From assembly GCA_002269645.1 (NCBI GenBank), contig NIVC01002892.1, positions 62,001-126,000 of the forward strand: a DNA stretch of 64,000 nucleotides, written 5' to 3'. Each line of letters starts with the position of its first letter. Position 1 is the stretch's first letter. The notes under the pieces were generated by a model that saw nothing but the letters and a program-made list of their open reading frames with translations, did not search any database and was not told the DNA's origin. The position numbers were made by a program, and so were the translations under genes. This DNA is from Macrostomum lignano. Taxonomy: Eukaryota. Below are positions 59,401 to 64,000 of this stretch, in pieces.

Positions 59401-59502
59401 TTGCTGACTGGATGGTTGCTGACTGGATTGTTGCTGACTGACGGCTGCTGACTGGACGGATGCTGACTGGATGGATAGTTGCTGACTAAATAGTTGCCGA
59501 CT
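53451..59502. repeat. 6-kb minisatellite, 15-bp unit GTTGCTGACTGGATG (19-bp variants), with kb-scale internal duplications
   Basis: The rare variant GGTTTCCGAC recurs at 54071, 55453 and 56501. Confidence 0.97.
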
Positions 59503-59515
59503 TTAGAATAGCAAG

Positions 59516-62500
59516 TTAGCGGCTATCAGAATTCGCGGATGAGCACATTCTCAGCAAACGCTTTTGCTCATGCAACTGCGTCTGCACTTTTTGTGCAGAA
59601 AAAAGGCTCACGAAATTGTTGTAATCGCAACTTGATACTCGCAAATCTGCAAATGCACGAACTCTACTCACCGCAGTATAAAATAATCCAGCTGGAATAG
59701 CTTTCCTGGCGCCTCCTTTGCTAAACGCCACGTACGCTTTTGGAATTGTAAGTCCTTGGCTCTTGTGAATCGTACTAGCCCAAGCCAATCGTAGTGGAAA
59801 TTGTTGACGCGACAATTGGGCTCCTCCTTTAAACTTTTCATTCGTTACTGACAGAATTGGCACTACACGAATTGCACGATTATCTTGTACAATTGCCCCC
59901 ATTGCTGGGCCAGAATAATTGTCAAATTCAACCCAAATACAATCTGGCCAATCCTTTGGTGATTGCCTTCCAGGAGCGTAGCAAATTCCTCGTACAGTTC
60001 CAACTGATCCATTCACAAGTCCATTGCGTACTGACAGATTTCTAGTTAGCATTACTCGAGCACCAATACACAAATAGAGTCGCTTCTCCAGATTCGTATC
60101 CGATTTTTTATGTTCCTTCTTTTTGCCACACAATTTTGCTTCGTCTCCTTTACAAATTGCGTTAATTTGCCGCACAGGATTCAATTCGGAAACCATCTTT
60201 CCCAATAGCATGTAGTTGCGATTTCTCACATCCTCGTTAGTGTGATATAAAAATGTACACCCGCTTTGGAAACCTTCAGGCAAAAGGTCGGGAGCATAGA
60301 CGCGACAATTGTTCATCAACGAATTCCAGCAGGCTTCGTCGGCCTTGCCTTCGCGAAGTTTATCCAACAACTGGGCGAATTCCGTATCGTTTGCTTGTCG
60401 GACTTGTTCTGTCAGATGCACAACCTTTTTGAACTCCATGTACAATTTATAGCCTTCAGATTTCAATATATCGTGCTTCTTTTGATTTGGATTGTAAACG
60501 TACAGTTGCGTGTCCAAAACTGGAGGCAATTGAAACACGTCGCCAATTAGGATTACAGATCGACCACCAAAACTCTGTTTACTGTGTTCTGGAAACAATT
60601 CGCGCAAACGAGCATCCACCTTACGGAGTAACCTTTGGCCAAGCATGCTAAATTCGTCAATAAAAATGTAGCGCACATCTTTCCACTGCTCTTGCATCTC
60701 CATTAGGGATTTCTTGCCAACACCAGCACTAAAATTTACATTCAATTTCAAAGCCGAGTGCAAAGTTTCGCCTGCAATATTGAAAGCGGCTACGCCTGTT
60801 GATGCCATAATTCTGCATCTTGATTCTCCAATCAACCGACGCAATGTAGAAATCAAGTAGCTTTTTCCAGTTCCAGCGCTACCATACAAAATTGCTTTGA
60901 GAGGCTCCGGCTTTTCGCCTTGGTTTTCTTCGGCTAGTCTTGAAAGCTGCAAATGACTTTCAATTAGGTTGTACATTTCTCGCTGCCGAACATTAAGCGA
61001 TTCAACACTGTTTATCGGCATGTCAGCGACCTCTCTTGCGCCAAGTTTTAGGTCGCTACTTAAAAACGCCTTTGCTTCTCCAACCGTTGGAAACTGGCCG
61101 CCACTAGCTGCGCTCCAGTCAAAATTTTCTGGCGGCTTTGGCAATTGATCTTCTGGACAGGCCAATAGATTTCTCTCGCGATGAAGTGCCCCCACTGCAA
61201 CCATCCAATCTTCTTGCTCTTCGTGCTCATAAGTTGGCTGAGCAGCAGATTGCGCATTTGCGTTGGTCATTTCGGGTAGCTCCGCAACTGCTTCGACTTC
61301 TTCGTCAGCTTCGTCGTTGCGCAAATCGTCCAAATTGGGCAGCTGCAGCTCGCATCGATTCTCAGCAGGCATGGCTTCGTACGCTTGCTGCCAGCTTGTG
61401 TGCAAACCTTTGGCTTCTCGCTCATTTCGCCAACAACTGTACAACAAAACCTGCTGCCGATAATAGCCTTCGCGTCTTTCGTCTGATTGCTCATTCGGTC
61501 GAAAAAATGGACTGATTAGCAAAACTACTTGTTTCGGCCTTTTTGTGCACCTCCCATTAGGGCTGAGACAGTAGTCGGAAAAGAAACGAAACATTGTTAC
61601 ATTTTCCAAATTCTTTGCACGCTTTGAATACTTGTCGCAACTATTCCTGCAAACACCCTTTTCCTCCACTGCGCGGGTTTCGCCAGTCTGAACAAAAACA
61701 AATTCTCGCGAACCCTTGTACATTGACGTCTGCAATAGCAAATGCATTGCCTCTTGCGCCGAATAATCACGCGCTCCAACTTGCGCCATCAAGTGTTGTT
61801 GTACAACACGCCTTGCAGTGTTGCTACGCTGAAAATTGTTATCGGCATTCTGTTCTGCATTATCTTCCAACTCCTTATGAAGACGCTTTGTCAGCTCCGC
61901 CATATAATCCGACTCCTTTTCGCTTTTTGTCGCATACTTGATCAAATAGCGAATCAAATTCTTCACGGACGAAATCATTTGAACATCGACATTGGCTCTC
62001 CACATGCACAGCAACTGCGGACTGTGAGAAATCATTCGCTCGTCGTTGCGCTGCGTCTCAACTTGCCAATTTAAACGGGATACTCGCTTTGCAACAGTCT
62101 TTTCCTGCGGCTCGCGCGGATACTTGAATCGGCACTCTTGTTTGCCTTTTACTGTTCGCAAGCACTTTTTACTGCAAATAGTGTGCCTCTCTGTCAAATG
62201 CGAAATTAACTGCAAATCTTGCTTGTCATTTTCAATCTCTTCCGGTTTCAGTTGAGCTGGATGACCTTGACCTGCTAAACTGCCATTCAAAACTTGATTT
62301 CCATAATCCGATTCGTCCATGGCCAAATTCCAACTACAGATGTACTTGTCAACAAAGCTCGTCAATTCTTCTGCATTCAATGTATTCGATGTCACATCAA
62401 CACCATCTGGCATCCAAATGCAACCGTGAACGTGTGGACTTCCGCGACTCTGATATTCTATGCGAAACCAATAATCGTTTACTTTCCAGTGCTCGACCAA

Positions 62501-64000
62501 AAAACGTTTCAAACATGTTTCAAATCGCAACCAAAACACAGTGTCTGCCATTCCGGGATCTTTTTGCAACTTTGACAACATTTCTGCTCTTAGTTCTACA
62601 TTGCTTTCATATTGCTCTGCATCGATTCCCCAGGCATGCTGCAACTCTGGCCAATGTACATCTGCTGCCGATAGTGTCACGAAAAAATGAGGAACACCAA
62701 GCGTTCGAATCATGGCTTCCAATTGCCGTCCTTTACTCTGCCAATAAGCGCTTGTGCCTCGCAAATCTGATGCTCGAACTGACACGCTAGCCAATACTGC
62801 CGGGTCATTTAGTGCTTCAATCATTTCCTTGGCACTTAATCCAGCATACTTGTTGTCGTGTACAAACACGCGACCAACTTCCAGCGCCCTCCAACGCATC
62901 ACCATATTTTCAATGTAAAATTTAAACCGCAAATCGGTACGAAATCTTGGACACCGGAATTGCATCAAATGCTTTGCATAGTCGCCCAAACTTAGTCCAA
63001 AATTACGTGGCGTACTATAATCTCCTGCTCCATCCGGAAAGAGATGAGGATAAGCCAATGTAAAATATCCTTCATCCTGAAATTCGTTTACCGGCTCGTT
63101 GCTTCTTGCTGGCCATTTCAATTTTTCACTCAAAAATTTGTCTCGTACTGCCGATTCCAATCGACGCAAAGGAGTCTCCAACAGCGAACTAATTGTTTCC
63201 TCGAGCTCGTTCGTCTCGTCCGCATTTTTTTCTACTTGTTGCTGCAATCGCTCAGCTCTGGCTGAGCCGCCTTCTTGCTGTGCCGCCTCGAAATTCACTT
63301 CATTGTCAGACTGCATTTCGACAATCATACCTTCTACTTGATGAGCATAACCATCTTCAGGCAGATGTAGCAACGCATCATTATTCATTGAAACCTGATA
63401 CTGTCTAAAGTACTTGTTGTTTGCCATTAAATAGCGCATCGCATTAGTCACTTTGTCGCGTCGAACTCGCAAATTGTTCATTGTGCCGCTTTGCGCTTCT
63501 CCAGGCTGAACACGGGCTCTTTCGTCGTACATTAAAACAACTGGCAGAGATCGTCTTGGCAGCTCTCGCAAAACGTGCGACTGATCTTGAGGCAACATGA
63601 TTCCGTGTCCTCTCGATTTTGTTTGCTTTTGGGGAAAAATTTGTACCACAACAATAACCGACAAAACTGGCGAAATCAACATTTGCTCTGCTACACTCAA
63701 ATCTTGCAAATCTTCTGGCTGCTCCAACATCGGAATCGCATTGTTTTCTTGGCTAAACGATTTCGGCTCATTGTCATCTCTGAAACAACGATCGCACATG
63801 TCTTCAGAATCGATGCTAAAATATTTTCCAGGAAACTTTTCCCTACACACGTAGCACTGTTTCAAATGTGATACTTTTGTTATGTTTTCATTGAAAAAGT
63901 CTTGCCTCATCTTTTTGAACTGGTCTGTGAACGGATTGCGAAGGCACTTTGGCAGATTAGGATCTCCGATTTCATCTTCAACAATTGGAGCATCTTGAGC
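59516..64000 (-). CDS. Helitron/Helentron-type RepHel (HUH Rep plus PIF1-family SF1 helicase), intronless, 5'-incomplete
   Basis: Rep motifs FFVTLSAAD, RIEYQSRGSPHVHGCIW, YLIKYATK. Helicase GSAGTGKS, FIDEFSM, GDVFQLPPV, QFPLRLAWASTIHKSQGLT, YTAVSRV. N-terminal CxxC...CxxC. The frame stays open from the ATG at 63910 to the window end (30 more codons). Confidence 0.93.
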   Translation of the reverse strand, partial: AQDAPIVEDEIGDPNLPKCLRNPFTDQFKKMRQDFFNENITKVSHLKQCYVCREKFPGKYFSIDSEDMCDRCFRDDNEPKSFSQENNAIPMLEQPEDLQDLSVAEQMLISPVLSVIVVVQIFPQKQTKSRGHGIMLPQDQSHVLRELPRRSLPVVLMYDERARVQPGEAQSGTMNNLRVRRDKVTNAMRYLMANNKYFRQYQVSMNNDALLHLPEDGYAHQVEGMIVEMQSDNEVNFEAAQQEGGSARAERLQQQVEKNADETNELEETISSLLETPLRRLESAVRDKFLSEKLKWPARSNEPVNEFQDEGYFTLAYPHLFPDGAGDYSTPRNFGLSLGDYAKHLMQFRCPRFRTDLRFKFYIENMVMRWRALEVGRVFVHDNKYAGLSAKEMIEALNDPAVLASVSVRASDLRGTSAYWQSKGRQLEAMIRTLGVPHFFVTLSAADVHWPELQHAWGIDAEQYESNVELRAEMLSKLQKDPGMADTVFWLRFETCLKRFLVEHWKVNDYWFRIEYQSRGSPHVHGCIWMPDGVDVTSNTLNAEELTSFVDKYICSWNLAMDESDYGNQVLNGSLAGQGHPAQLKPEEIENDKQDLQLISHLTERHTICSKKCLRTVKGKQECRFKYPREPQEKTVAKRVSRLNWQVETQRNDERMISHSPQLLCMWRANVDVQMISSVKNLIRYLIKYATKSEKESDYMAELTKRLHKELEDNAEQNADNNFQRSNTARRVVQQHLMAQVGARDYSAQEAMHLLLQTSMYKGSREFVFVQTGETRAVEEKGVCRNSCDKYSKRAKNLENVTMFRFFSDYCLSPNGRCTKRPKQVVLLISPFFRPNEQSDERREGYYRQQVLLYSCWRNEREAKGLHTSWQQAYEAMPAENRCELQLPNLDDLRNDEADEEVEAVAELPEMTNANAQSAAQPTYEHEEQEDWMVAVGALHRERNLLACPEDQLPKPPENFDWSAASGGQFPTVGEAKAFLSSDLKLGAREVADMPINSVESLNVRQREMYNLIESHLQLSRLAEENQGEKPEPLKAILYGSAGTGKSYLISTLRRLIGESRCRIMASTGVAAFNIAGETLHSALKLNVNFSAGVGKKSLMEMQEQWKDVRYIFIDEFSMLGQRLLRKVDARLRELFPEHSKQSFGGRSVILIGDVFQLPPVLDTQLYVYNPNQKKHDILKSEGYKLYMEFKKVVHLTEQVRQANDTEFAQLLDKLREGKADEACWNSLMNNCRVYAPDLLPEGFQSGCTFLYHTNEDVRNRNYMLLGKMVSELNPVRQINAICKGDEAKLCGKKKEHKKSDTNLEKRLYLCIGARVMLTRNLSVRNGLVNGSVGTVRGICYAPGRQSPKDWPDCIWVEFDNYSGPAMGAIVQDNRAIRVVPILSVTNEKFKGGAQLSRQQFPLRLAWASTIHKSQGLTIPKAYVAFSKGGARKAIPAGLFYTAVSRVRAFADLRVSSCDYNNFVSLFSAQKVQTQLHEQKRLLRMCSSANSDSR

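Overview
This is eukaryotic, repeat-saturated DNA with no recognisable host protein-coding gene. The style suggests an invertebrate long-read assembly, but that is inference. 1-26.2 kb is a patchwork of at least 14 minisatellite arrays (units of 15-66 bp) with embedded transposon debris: a frameshifted RTE-like LINE, a Penelope-like fragment with a candidate hammerhead, a LINE 3' remnant and two foldback/TIR elements. The centrepiece is 26.56-52.43 kb. A complete U5 snRNA gene (26564-26679) is followed by four head-to-tail copies of a ~6.45-kb non-LTR retrotransposon. Each copy's 3' end is joined precisely to the base after the invariant U5 loop 1. As a result, the 95-bp U5 3' half (stem 1 3' strand, Sm site, 3' stem-loop, downstream flank) occurs five times, before, between and after the copies, and the first U5 stays intact. 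ORF1 (~901-907 aa consensus) fuses an ALKBH2/3-like AlkB 2OG-Fe(II) dioxygenase with an intact catalytic motif set to a gag-like triple zinc-knuckle protein. ORF2 (926 aa) is APE endonuclease plus reverse transcriptase, with no RNase H. Most frameshifts fall exactly on inter-copy SNPs or homopolymers and look like consensus errors. After a 6-kb 15-bp satellite (53.45-59.5 kb), a Helitron/Helentron-type RepHel ORF runs off the right end on the minus strand. Best candidate for a new system: a U5-snRNA-targeting, host-gene-preserving, AlkB-carrying LINE. I cannot verify novelty without database and literature searches.
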